The translations under genes and the position numbers were made by a program. From Planctomycetia bacterium (GTDB lineage Bacteria > Planctomycetota > Planctomycetia > Pirellulales > UBA1268), in assembly GCA_026401035.1 (NCBI GenBank), contig JAPLNR010000051.1, forward strand, positions 15,114-79,113: 64,000 bases of DNA, written 5' to 3'. The first letter of the stretch is position 1; every line of letters starts with the position of its first letter. The notes beneath the pieces are model-generated. The model ran no database searches. It worked only from the letters and a program-made list of their open reading frames with translations, and was not told the DNA's origin. Positions 8,502-17,741 of this stretch are shown here, one piece after another.

Positions 8502-8771
8502 CTAGCTGAAGAACGCCGCGACAAGGCTGTCGGCCGGACGGGGGATGACATGGCTGGCGACCAGTTCGCCGACCTGCTGGGCCGCCGTGGCACCCGCCTC
8601 GACCGCTGCCCGCACGCTGCCGACGTCGCCCTGAACGACCGTCGCCACGTAGGCGTTGCCGATGCTGATCCGCTTCAGAATCTTCACGTTGGCCGCCTTG
8701 GCCATCGCGTCCGTCGCCTCGACGAGGCCGACGAGTCCCTTGGTTTCGAGGAGTCCAATCGCTGTGTTCAT
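8502..8771 (-). CDS. BMC hexamer shell protein (BMC-H)
   Basis: Trimmed to the ATG at 8771. MNTAIGLLETKGLVGLVEATDAMAKAANVKILKRISIGNAYVATVVQGDVGSVRAAVEAGA is the canonical BMC-domain pattern. Confidence 0.9.
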   Translation of the reverse strand: MNTAIGLLETKGLVGLVEATDAMAKAANVKILKRISIGNAYVATVVQGDVGSVRAAVEAGATAAQQVGELVASHVIPRPADSLVAAFFS

Positions 8772-8831
8772 GCTCGTTCCTGTGTGTAAAAGGTCTGGAA
8801 GAAATTGTTGTCGATCCACCATGCTCGAACC

Positions 8832-9125
8832 TCAGGCCTGCGTGGGCAGGATGACTCCGAGATCGTCGTGCGGACGTGCAATCACCTGCACGCTCACCAC
8901 ATCACCCACCCGGCCGCCGGCCGCCGCACCCGCGTCGGTCGCCGCCTTCACCGCAGCCACGTCGCCCGACACGAATGCCGTCACGAGCCCACTGCCGATC
9001 TTGTCCCAGCCAATGAAGCTGACGTTCGCCGCCTTCATCATCGCGTCGACCGCTTCGACGAGCGTGACGAAACCCTTCACCTCGATCATGCCGAGGGCAT
9101 CCACGTTCTTCGCCATCTGTTGCAT
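8832..9125 (-). CDS. BMC hexamer shell protein (BMC-H)
   Basis: 97 aa. [58 protein letters not shown]. Confidence 0.9.
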   Translation of the reverse strand: MQQMAKNVDALGMIEVKGFVTLVEAVDAMMKAANVSFIGWDKIGSGLVTAFVSGDVAAVKAATDAGAAAGGRVGDVVSVQVIARPHDDLGVILPTQA

Positions 9126-9243
9126 CGCTCCTGTTCACTCTGTCCATCAATCCCGCGGGGCCATCCCCGCCGATCGTGTCGGCACGCGCCGGCGAAACGA
9201 TCGTTGTGTTGTCATGTGTTGGCATGACAGGCTGAAGCCTGTC

Positions 9244-9957
9244 CTACTGTTTCACGAGTTCGACGCTCTCCGCATGGTCGAGATCGGCCGCGTTGCCTTC
9301 GTCGGTGTCGATGTGCACTTCGAGCTTGCTCGTGGCGTCGGCCCGCACGAGCAGGTCGCGGAGCACGAGGCCACAGCGGCTCTTGATGACGAGGCTCATC
9401 CGGTCGCCATCCTTCACGCCGTAGTGACCGGCCTGGGCAAAGCTCATGTGCACGTGCCGCTCGGCCCGGATCACGCCCTCGGCGAGTTCGACGGCGCCGG
9501 CGGGGCCCACGAGCACGCAGCCCGGCGTGCCCGTGATCTTGCCGCTGGCACGCACCGGCAGATCGATGCCGAGGGAGATTCCGTCGGTGAAGGCCAGCTC
9601 CACCTGCGAGGCCTTGCGGGTGGGGCCGAGCACCCGCACGGTCGGCAGCATCTTTCGCTTGGGACCCACCACCATCACCGTTTCTTCAGCAGCGTAGAAA
9701 CCGTCCTGATAGAGCGGCTTCTGCGGCGTGAGCGTGCGGCCGGGGCCGAAGAGTTTTTCGACATGCTCGTCGGTCAGGTGGCAGTGCCGGGCCGAGATGC
9801 TCACCACGAGCATCGGCGAGCCGGCGGCATCGCGAACGGCCGCTGTCGGCGGGAGTCGCTGCGGGCCGAGAACGATCTCGCGGACGATCCGCTCGACGCT
9901 CCTCTGGTCGAGACCGGGCAGCGCGAACGGCGGCGGGCTGAGCAGGGCTGTGCTCAT
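9244..9957 (-). CDS. pduL: Phosphotransacylase PduL with an N-terminal encapsulation peptide
   Basis: Trimmed to the ATG at 9957 ([10 protein letters not shown]...), which forms an ATGA overlap with the DeoR stop. Two PduL repeats carry the His motifs SARHCHL and AERHVHM. N-terminal [12 protein letters not shown]. Confidence 0.85.
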   Translation of the reverse strand: MSTALLSPPPFALPGLDQRSVERIVREIVLGPQRLPPTAAVRDAAGSPMLVVSISARHCHLTDEHVEKLFGPGRTLTPQKPLYQDGFYAAEETVMVVGPKRKMLPTVRVLGPTRKASQVELAFTDGISLGIDLPVRASGKITGTPGCVLVGPAGAVELAEGVIRAERHVHMSFAQAGHYGVKDGDRMSLVIKSRCGLVLRDLLVRADATSKLEVHIDTDEGNAADLDHAESVELVKQ

Positions 9958-10808
9958 GAGGAACGCACCTTTTCGGAGGAGGGGAGGCCGGGCTGGACCT
10001 GGCCGTCTGACGGCGGCACCACCGCGATCATGAGTTCGGCGCCGGCCGCCTTGATGGCGGTGCGCCATGCCGGCGAGAGGCCGTCGTCGGACACAAAAAT
10101 GTCGATGGCGTCGAGGGCGGAAACAAGCGTGAGGCTCTTGCGGCCAAATTTGGAGCTGTCGGCGACGACGATCACGCGGCCCGCGGCCTTCAGCATCGCC
10201 TGCTCCGTCTCGGCGAGGAGGAGGTGGGCATTGAAGAGACCCTCGTCGGAGATGCCGGCGGCGGAGAGCACCGTCGTGGTGACGTGCAGCCGGCCGAGCA
10301 GCTCGTTGGCATAGGGGCCGAGGCAGACGCCCGTGCGCGGCGAGACGTAGCCGCCGAGCAGCACGAGGTCGGTGCGGGCTTCGGAGGCGAAGAGGTTGGC
10401 GACGGGCAGGCTGTTGGTGACGACCTGCAGCGACCGCCCCACGAGGAGCCGCGCAACCTCGTAGGTCGTGGTGCCGCCGTCGAGCAGCACCGTCTCGCCG
10501 TCACTGATCACGGCAGCGGCGGCGACGGCGATCGCCCGCTTTGCGGCCCAGTTGGCGGGTTGCCGTTCGTCGAATTCGGCCAGCCGAGGCATGCCGCCGG
10601 AATAGAGCACGCCACCGTGGGTTCGACGGGCACGGCCCTGTTCTTCCAGGGCATCGAGGTCGCGGCGGATGGTCGATTCCGACACGCCCAGTTCCCGGAC
10701 CAACTCATCGAGCGCCGCAAATCCGCGGATGCGGATCAGGTCGAGAAGGCGGCTACGTCGATCGCGGTTTTGCACGGTATCAGGCTTTCTGCTGGGCCCA
10801 GTATGCAT
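9954..10808 (-). CDS. DeoR-family transcriptional regulator
   Basis: 284 aa. [42 protein letters not shown], followed by a DeoR C-terminal sugar-phosphate sensor region ([10 protein letters not shown]...VVADSSKFG). Confidence 0.9.
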   Translation of the reverse strand: MHTGPSRKPDTVQNRDRRSRLLDLIRIRGFAALDELVRELGVSESTIRRDLDALEEQGRARRTHGGVLYSGGMPRLAEFDERQPANWAAKRAIAVAAAAVISDGETVLLDGGTTTYEVARLLVGRSLQVVTNSLPVANLFASEARTDLVLLGGYVSPRTGVCLGPYANELLGRLHVTTTVLSAAGISDEGLFNAHLLLAETEQAMLKAAGRVIVVADSSKFGRKSLTLVSALDAIDIFVSDDGLSPAWRTAIKAAGAELMIAVVPPSDGQVQPGLPSSEKVRSS

Positions 10809-10981
10809 GAATACAGATAGAATTCAATCGCTTAGTGACAGAAGTCTATCTTTTCACGACATAAAAAGTGGCTTCTGGCGATCGGTATCGCCCAAAACCA
10901 CTGCCGTGCAAGAACTTATGTCGATTGCGTAGAGTCTGTGGGCTGATCCTAGAATCGAGCCAATTGTTTTCGCCGAGGCAG
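10809..10981. promoter_or_regulatory. AT-enriched divergent control region upstream of the DeoR/BMC operon and the GNAT gene
   Basis: Locally the most AT-rich stretch of the window. 7-bp inverted repeat AGATAGA (10815-10821) / TCTATCT (10845-10851) flanking a GAATTC palindrome, directly upstream of the DeoR ATG. Confidence 0.35.
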
Positions 10982-11569
10982 ATGCAGTCCTTGGTTGATA
11001 GCGGTCAAAAAGCTGGAATGACTTGGGCGAATCAGATGCCAATCGATCGTTTTGTGCTCCAAATCGAGGCCTTAAGCACTGCGTTTGCAGTCCGGGGGGC
11101 GCGAACCCCGCTTGAAATCAAGGCCGTCGAGAGTGCCCGAGATCGCGCAGCGGTGGCCGCATTGGCGGAGTCGTGCCGTCGGCAGGACGGGCCGTCCATG
11201 CAGGTCTCTACCGCCGGACTGGCAGGAGAACTCGCCAGCCGACCCGGCCGGGAGGTTCATGGCTGGCTGGCCTGGTCCACGGAGACGATCGCCGGCGCAG
11301 AAAAGACGCGCGAATGCCCGCTGGGGCTGGTCACGCTCGTTGCTGCGTCGCCGCCGTCCGGCGGATCAGCCCGCCGGTTTTCGATCGGCTGGCTGGTCGT
11401 GCATCCCGAGGCCCGCCGCCGTGGAGTGGCAGGAGCGCTCGTCAATCATGCCGTGCACCATGCGCGCGGGTGCGGAGCGTCGGCAATCTTCGCCGACACG
11501 CGGGCCGACTGGCCCGCCGCCGTCGCCTTCTGGCAGGCTCTGGAAGGAAACCGGGAAGGAAAACGGTGA
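10982..11569 (+). CDS. GNAT-family N-acetyltransferase
   Basis: Acetyl-CoA-binding motif IGWLVVHPEARRRGVAGALVNHAV. The start is uncertain: ATG at 10982, 11018 or 11036, and the track ORF begins at 10868. Confidence 0.6.
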   Translation: MQSLVDSGQKAGMTWANQMPIDRFVLQIEALSTAFAVRGARTPLEIKAVESARDRAAVAALAESCRRQDGPSMQVSTAGLAGELASRPGREVHGWLAWSTETIAGAEKTRECPLGLVTLVAASPPSGGSARRFSIGWLVVHPEARRRGVAGALVNHAVHHARGCGASAIFADTRADWPAAVAFWQALEGNREGKR

Positions 11570-11609
11570 CAGCAACCATTTGTCTGTTGGTCCCGGCTGG
11601 AGGCCGGCG

Positions 11610-14102
11610 TCACTTCGACCGGCGTACGAGGCCCGCCAGCTGTGACGGCGTCACGAAGACGACATGTTCCGGCTTCTGTGCGAGGAGCTGCTTGAGCGGA
11701 TCCTTCTTCCACTCCCAGCAGGTGGCGATGTCGCAGATGAAGCAGGGGGGGCCGCCATCGGCAATCTGTTTGCCGGCGAGTTTCTCAAGATCCGCGTAGA
11801 AGGCCCCGGCCATCGCCGCGCCCCCGTCCTTGTCGGCCGCCGGCTCGAACTTCAGGCTATTGGCGGTACCGCTCCAGAACGACGGCGTGCCGCCGGGAAG
11901 GATCGTCGTGAGGGCGGCGGGGTCGTCGGTGCGGCGGTTCCAGCTCGTGATGATGCTGTGGCAGAAGGGGAGCGCCTTCGCATACTGCTCGGCCCACGGC
12001 TCGCCGCGGGGCGAGAGGTTGATTGTCTCTAACCTCATCGTGCGCATGCTGCGTGCCGTGTCGTCGAAGAATATTTCCCAGGCCGCCTGCGGATCGGCGA
12101 GCCGCGTGGCAAATACCTCCGGACTGATGTAGGTCGCCCCGCTCACGCCGCAGAGAAATTCCATGTCGGGCCGGGCGCGGGCGAAGTACCAGCGGGCCAT
12201 TGCCGGCGCGGCCTCTTCGAGCGTCGGGCAGATCGTGATGCCGCACGGGAGCGGCGCCGCGTCGGCCGCGAAGTAGTTGTCGCGAAAATACTGCAGCCAC
12301 GGCGAGAGATTGTCGCCATCGGAGATCACGAGCGAGAGATAGATCGCGCCGGGCTTGGCCTCCGGGGCGGGGGCTGGCGCCGGCCGCGCGGGCAGTGGCG
12401 GCAGCCGCACGCCGCTCATGGCGGTCATGTTGGCGAGGCCGTCGCTGGGCACGTAGCCGTGGCTGTAGGGCGTGGCCTGCATGACGGCGAGGTATTCGTC
12501 GATGCCGAGCCGCGGCCCAAACGCCGGCCAGCCCATCACAACCGAATGGGTGTCCATCGCGGCGAGAACCTTGGCGACGAAGGCATGCTCGCGGGCAGGG
12601 TCGGCGCCGGCCGCGTAGGCGTCCTCTTTAAAAGATGTCCAGACCATCGGGATCCGCCACTGGTAGCACTGGTCGACGTTGCCCCAGGCCAGCCGAGCCG
12701 GATGAAAATAGTTGACCGCATGCCTGCAGAGCCGGTCGCGGTAGGTGGTCCAAACCCACTCCATGCCCTCGAGATAGTTTGTGAACTTGCCACGCAGGTC
12801 GACTTTCACGGGCAGGGCGAGCTGTTCGGCGAGGGCGGGCGTACAGAGGATCAGGTCTTCACAGGCCGCCACGTTCATCGCGATCACGTCGCTGCGGTCG
12901 CAGGCAGGATCGGCGATGACGGCGCCCTTTATCTCGGCGGCATGCTCGCGGACGAGCGTCTTCCAATCGTCCACGATGTCGTACCCCTCGATGCCGCCGC
13001 ACTCCACGTGCCAATCGAGCCAGAAGCGGTCCTGGTCATTCGGGGCATTCGAGCGTAGCAGCCAGATGGAGGGCTCGCGGCGGGCGGTCAGCCCCTGAAG
13101 GCAGCAGAGGGCCGCTCGCTCATCAGGCGGCAGCTTTGCGAGCGCGACCACCTTGAGCCGCTTGGCCGGCGGAGGCGACTTGGGCACCAGTGACTCGCCC
13201 CACGGGCGGGCCGAACGGGCGATCGGCAGACCGGCGGGCAATGCGGCCGGTTTCGGGATCGCATCGAGGGCGGCGCGTCGGGCGGCGACGGCGGCAGCAT
13301 CGAGGAGTCCTTTTTCTTCGAGGCACCAGAGCACGCCGCGAACGAGCAACTGTTCGGCGAACCAGCGCTCGCCGGCGTCGAGATGCCAGACGGTCTGTCC
13401 GAGCCACACGTCGCGACAGCCCTTCGCCTGCGGGGAGTTGTGGCGGATCGCGGCGGCGATCGGCAGCGCGGGGCCCGCGCCTTCCTGCTCGACCATCACG
13501 AGCGGAATCAGTTCGTCCCCGGCCGGCAGCGACTTAGGATCGAGCCGCTGTTGGTTTGGCAGACTGCTCTCGAGCATCTCCGGCGTGATGCCGAGCGGAT
13601 TGCCGGGCACGGTTCGAATGCAAGGCCGCTCGTGGCGGACGGTGCCGGCGGTGCCAAAGAGGGCGAGGCCGGCGTCGTCGTGACGGCGAACCGCAGCCGC
13701 GGGCTCTGTCGTCCACTGTGGCTGGCCGGTGCCGGCGGCCTTCTTGGCCGCGGATTGCAAAGGGCCGCCGAACATAACGAGACAGCCACCTTCGCGACGA
13801 AACTTCCGCAATGTGTCGAGCGCTGCGGCGGGGAAGGGATCGCCATAGGCCATGACGAGCACGGGCAGCTTGGCGGCGTCGAGCCGGGTGGGGTCGGCCA
13901 ACTCGGCGGCCGTGAGCGTCATCACCTCGACGTGCCGGGCGAGGGCGGCCGCGCAGACGGGCGCCGGCATCACGTCGTTGCGGCCGACGGTCGCCCACTC
14001 GCGATCGACGAGGACGGCGACCTGGGCTGCGGCTTGGTGTGCGAAGCCGAGGCAGCCGAACAGGCCGATTGCGGTGACCAGCAGACTGTAAAAAAGATGC
14101 AT
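11610..14102 (-). CDS. Secreted protein with an N-terminal GATase1-like/ThuA-like module and a GxGYxYP-like putative glycoside hydrolase region
   Basis: 830 aa. Signal peptide MHLFYSLLVTAIGLFGCLGFAHQAAAQ. N-terminal LPVLVMAYGDPFP...GGCLVMFGG. Central PYSHGYVPSDG resembles the GxGYxYP family signature. The function call is weak. Confidence 0.6.
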   Translation of the reverse strand: MHLFYSLLVTAIGLFGCLGFAHQAAAQVAVLVDREWATVGRNDVMPAPVCAAALARHVEVMTLTAAELADPTRLDAAKLPVLVMAYGDPFPAAALDTLRKFRREGGCLVMFGGPLQSAAKKAAGTGQPQWTTEPAAAVRRHDDAGLALFGTAGTVRHERPCIRTVPGNPLGITPEMLESSLPNQQRLDPKSLPAGDELIPLVMVEQEGAGPALPIAAAIRHNSPQAKGCRDVWLGQTVWHLDAGERWFAEQLLVRGVLWCLEEKGLLDAAAVAARRAALDAIPKPAALPAGLPIARSARPWGESLVPKSPPPAKRLKVVALAKLPPDERAALCCLQGLTARREPSIWLLRSNAPNDQDRFWLDWHVECGGIEGYDIVDDWKTLVREHAAEIKGAVIADPACDRSDVIAMNVAACEDLILCTPALAEQLALPVKVDLRGKFTNYLEGMEWVWTTYRDRLCRHAVNYFHPARLAWGNVDQCYQWRIPMVWTSFKEDAYAAGADPAREHAFVAKVLAAMDTHSVVMGWPAFGPRLGIDEYLAVMQATPYSHGYVPSDGLANMTAMSGVRLPPLPARPAPAPAPEAKPGAIYLSLVISDGDNLSPWLQYFRDNYFAADAAPLPCGITICPTLEEAAPAMARWYFARARPDMEFLCGVSGATYISPEVFATRLADPQAAWEIFFDDTARSMRTMRLETINLSPRGEPWAEQYAKALPFCHSIITSWNRRTDDPAALTTILPGGTPSFWSGTANSLKFEPAADKDGGAAMAGAFYADLEKLAGKQIADGGPPCFICDIATCWEWKKDPLKQLLAQKPEHVVFVTPSQLAGLVRRSK

Positions 14103-14183
14103 GTCGATGGATCAGCCGGCGATGTGTGGAGCCTCTGCTCGAGCGGAAATCTTCCTTGTTTGTGCCCTCGCGTCGAACCAGCC

Positions 14184-14207
14184 GCCATCGGCAGAAATGC
14201 TGATAGC
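14184..14207. repeat. GAAA-loop hairpin, copy 1 of a repeated intergenic element (partner at 42113-42136)
   Basis: gccatcggca-gaaa-tgctgatagc. The 23-nt core at 14188-14210 matches 42117-42139 at 21/23 positions. Confidence 0.5.
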
Positions 14208-14421
14208 GGCTGCTACGCTGCCGCAGTGAACGCCGGCAACCGTGATTCCTCCCGATGGGCGGCGGAAAGATGTAGCCGCCGGCCGCTCCACTGGTCAGGA
14301 TATCAGCCTGGGAACGTGGTCGCCGCGGTGTGGACGCCATACTTTGTAATGGCAAAGTCGATGTTAAAGTGCTTAAAATTCAGGCTTGCTCCTGTAGAGT
14401 CGCCTTCTGGAGGTACGCATC

Positions 14422-17400
14422 ATGAGTCGTTCTGCTCGCGTGTGGATCCTGCTCGTCGCCCTCGCGGCGGCCCGCGTTGTCTCGGCCGCCCCGACAGGTC
14501 CGGTCGATCCGGGCAGCGGACCGGAAACCCTCGATCTCGCGGACGACCTTGAAGCCACGCTCTTCGCAGCGGAGCCGCTCCTCTCGAGCCCCTCTGACAT
14601 CGACGTCGACGCCAAGGGCCGCGTCTGGGTCTGCGAGGTGATGAACTACCGCGGCAAGCAAAACACCCGTGCCGAGGGAGACCGCATCCTCGTGCTGGAA
14701 GACACCGACGGCGACGGCAAGGCCGATAAGCAGACCGTGTTTCACCAGGGCCGCGATGTCGATAGCGCGCTTGGCATCTGCGTGATCGGCGAGGGACCGG
14801 GCCGGAAGGTGATCGTCTCATGCGCGCCCGACGTCTTCATTTTCCACGACGACGACGGCGACCTGAAGGCTGACCGCCGCGAGTCGCTATTCACGAAGAT
14901 CGGCGTGCCGCAGCACGACCACTCCGTGCATGCCTTCGTCGTCGGCCCCGACGGCCGGCTCTATTTCAACTTCGGCAACACGGGCAAGGCGGTGCACGAC
15001 AAAGACGGGAAGCCCGTCACCGACCGGTTCGGCAACGTGGTGAACGATTCGGGCAAGCCCTACCGCCAAGGCATGGTGTTTCGTTGCAAGCCCGACGGCA
15101 GCGACTTCGAAGTGCTCGGCAACAACTTCCGCAACAACTACGAGGTCGCGGTCGACTCGTTCGGCGGCCTCTGGCAGAGCGACAACGACGACGACGGCAA
15201 CAAGGGCGTGCGGATCACGTGGGTGATGGACTACGGCAACTACGGCTACGTTGACGAGCGCACGGGTGCCGGCTGGCAGACTGCCCGAACCAACATGGAG
15301 TCGGAGATTCCCCTGCGGCACTGGCGGCAAAACGACCCCGGCGTCGTGCCCAATCTTCTGCAGACCGGCGCCGGCTCGCCAACGGGCATCTGCGTGTATG
15401 AAGGCGTGCTCCTGCCGGAGCGGTTTCGCGGTTCGCTCATTCACTGCGATGCCGGCCCGAACGTCGTGCGGGCGTATCACGTGAAGCCGAGCGGCGCGGG
15501 CTTCAAGGCGGAGAGCGAGACGATCATCGACGGCTCGGCCGACCGCTGGTTCCGGCCAAGTGACGTGTGTGTCGCCCCGGATGGGTCGCTCATCGTGGCC
15601 GACTGGTATGACCCCGGCGTAGGCGGCCACGGCATGGGCGACACGGAGAAGGGCCGACTCTACCGGATCGCGCCCAAGGGCTCGAAGTGGTCAGTACCCG
15701 CGGTCGATCTCGGCTCAGCCGCCGGAGCCGTGGCGGCGCTGGCAAGTCCGAATCTCTGCACGCGGGCGACGGCGCTCGAGTGGCTTTCCGCGCATCCGAT
15801 TGAGGCTCAAGAGGCGCTTGCCAAGGCGCGTGCCCAGGCGACCGATCCGCGGCTGCGGGCCCGGCTGGCGTGGGCCTGGGGCATGCTGCCGGGGCAGGGC
15901 GATTTGGTGAGCCAGGCGCTCGCGGCCGAAAGCGACGAGATGCAGATCGTGGCGCTGCGGATGCGGCGGCTCTTGAAGGGCGACGTCGTCGGGCTCACCG
16001 AGAAACTCGCCGCATCTCCTTCGGCAGCCGTTGCCCGCGAGTGCGCGATCTCGCTGCGGGGCATTGCCGGCGAGCGGGCTGACCGGGTCTGGGCCGATCT
16101 TGCCGCCAGACACACGGCGGGCGACCGCTGGGAAATCGAGGCTCTCGGCATCGGTGCCGACAGCGTGAGCGGCTTCGATGGCCAAAGCCAGTGGGATGGC
16201 CGGCTGGCCGCGTGGCTCGGGAAGGTGGGCGCCGGCTGGAAGACGCCCGCCGGCCGCGAAATCGTCTGGCGAAGCCGGGGCTTGGAATCGTCGCGTCTGC
16301 TCTGCGAATTGATCGGCGACCCATCGACGACCACGAGCGAGTCGCTCGCCCTCTTGCGGGCGCTCGACTTCCAGGATCCGCAGCAGTTGCTCGCGTCGCT
16401 GCGGCCGCTTGTGAAGGGTTTTGCCGCGCCTGATGAGAAGTTGCGTGTCTTGCTTCCGGAGCTCGTCATGCGTCTTGACAATCGCGATGCTACCGACGCC
16501 GATCTCGCCAAACGGATCGACGAAGCGGCCGGATACTCCAGTCGATCGCAGATGTTCGTCAACATCGTCGGGCGATTTGGCCGCGTGCAGGCCATGGAAG
16601 AGCTCCTTGCGCTGGCCTCGGCGGAAGACGTCGGCGACCAACTCACCGCGTCTGCTGCCGGCGTAGTGCTTCATTTCGGCGGCGAGGATGCCGTGAAGCG
16701 GGCAGTGGCGGCTGGCGATGCCTCCGGCGTACGGCTGATGGCTGCGGTCGGCGTCAACGGCTCCGGTCGGGCCACCAGCCTGCTCAAGAGCTTGATGATG
16801 GATGCCGGATTGCCGACGCCCGTCCGCTCAAGTGCGGTGCAAGCGCTCGCCCGATCGAATCAGGGCGCGAAGAATCTCGTCGCCATGGCCAAGGCCGGCG
16901 AACTGACCGGTCAGCTGCCGCAGGTCGCGGCACTCGCGATCGCTTCCTGCCCGTGGGGCGACATTCGCCAGTCGGCGGCCGATGTGCTGCCGATGCCAAA
17001 GGCCAAGGGAGGCAGCCTGCCTCCGCTTGCTGACCTGCTCAAGCGTGGCGGCCGTGCCGAAATCGGCAAGGTGGTGTTTGCCGGTGCGGGCACATGCGCG
17101 AAGTGCCACGTCGTCGGCGGCGAGGGCAAGGCCGTCGGGCCCAATCTTTCGGGAATCGGTGCGAAGCTTTCGAAGCCCGCGCTTTATGAGTCGATCCTCG
17201 CGCCGTCGGCCGCGATCAGCCACAACTACGAAACGTATACCGCCCTGCTCGAAGATGGCCGGAGCATGTCGGGGCTGCTCGTCTCGCAGACGGCCGATCA
17301 GGCCGTGATCCGCGGCGCTGATGGCATCGACGTCACGATCCCTGCCGGGGAGATCGGGGAGCTCGTCAAGCAGCCGGTATCGCTGATGCCGGCCGATCTC

Positions 17401-17472
17401 GCGACGATGCTCTCCGCCGACGAACTGGTCGACCTCGTTGCCTGGCTGGAAACGCTCAAGCAGACAAACTGA
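14422..17472 (+). CDS. Planctomycete-type putative membrane-bound dehydrogenase domain + HEAT repeats + C-terminal cytochrome c domain protein
   Basis: 1016 aa. GGAGG RBS and a signal peptide. N-terminal LFAAEPLLSSPSDIDVDAKGRVWVCE... beta-propeller-like region, HEAT-like middle, and the C-terminal heme site CAKCH. Confidence 0.85.
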   Translation: MSRSARVWILLVALAAARVVSAAPTGPVDPGSGPETLDLADDLEATLFAAEPLLSSPSDIDVDAKGRVWVCEVMNYRGKQNTRAEGDRILVLEDTDGDGKADKQTVFHQGRDVDSALGICVIGEGPGRKVIVSCAPDVFIFHDDDGDLKADRRESLFTKIGVPQHDHSVHAFVVGPDGRLYFNFGNTGKAVHDKDGKPVTDRFGNVVNDSGKPYRQGMVFRCKPDGSDFEVLGNNFRNNYEVAVDSFGGLWQSDNDDDGNKGVRITWVMDYGNYGYVDERTGAGWQTARTNMESEIPLRHWRQNDPGVVPNLLQTGAGSPTGICVYEGVLLPERFRGSLIHCDAGPNVVRAYHVKPSGAGFKAESETIIDGSADRWFRPSDVCVAPDGSLIVADWYDPGVGGHGMGDTEKGRLYRIAPKGSKWSVPAVDLGSAAGAVAALASPNLCTRATALEWLSAHPIEAQEALAKARAQATDPRLRARLAWAWGMLPGQGDLVSQALAAESDEMQIVALRMRRLLKGDVVGLTEKLAASPSAAVARECAISLRGIAGERADRVWADLAARHTAGDRWEIEALGIGADSVSGFDGQSQWDGRLAAWLGKVGAGWKTPAGREIVWRSRGLESSRLLCELIGDPSTTTSESLALLRALDFQDPQQLLASLRPLVKGFAAPDEKLRVLLPELVMRLDNRDATDADLAKRIDEAAGYSSRSQMFVNIVGRFGRVQAMEELLALASAEDVGDQLTASAAGVVLHFGGEDAVKRAVAAGDASGVRLMAAVGVNGSGRATSLLKSLMMDAGLPTPVRSSAVQALARSNQGAKNLVAMAKAGELTGQLPQVAALAIASCPWGDIRQSAADVLPMPKAKGGSLPPLADLLKRGGRAEIGKVVFAGAGTCAKCHVVGGEGKAVGPNLSGIGAKLSKPALYESILAPSAAISHNYETYTALLEDGRSMSGLLVSQTADQAVIRGADGIDVTIPAGEIGELVKQPVSLMPADLATMLSADELVDLVAWLETLKQTN

Positions 17473-17741
17473 GTGCTGGCGTCGTCGAGTGCCGAGGGCC
17501 GCGCTCGCCCCAGGCGGCATTTCACGAACACGGAACCGCGGCTGTCATGGATGGGGCACAGTCCACTCTTCTCATCGGTGAATTTGGTCGTGGATCACTG
17601 TTTTTCCAGGCGACGGCTGGAAGGTCTGATTTCAAGGTCGTCGCGGAGCGTTTTAGTGGCGACTCCTTGGAGCTGCGCGGCCTTTGCTTCGCCCAGTTCG
17701 TCGGGGAATGGCCGTCCTGACAAATCGGGTGACCGACAGCG

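Noticed and set aside
17473-17741. HTH-like peptide (ELGEAKAAQLQGVATKTLRDDLE) on the minus strand just after the Uma2 stop
   Set aside because: It is in frame immediately after the Uma2 stop codon and has no ATG or GTG start. It is probably a coincidence or a remnant.
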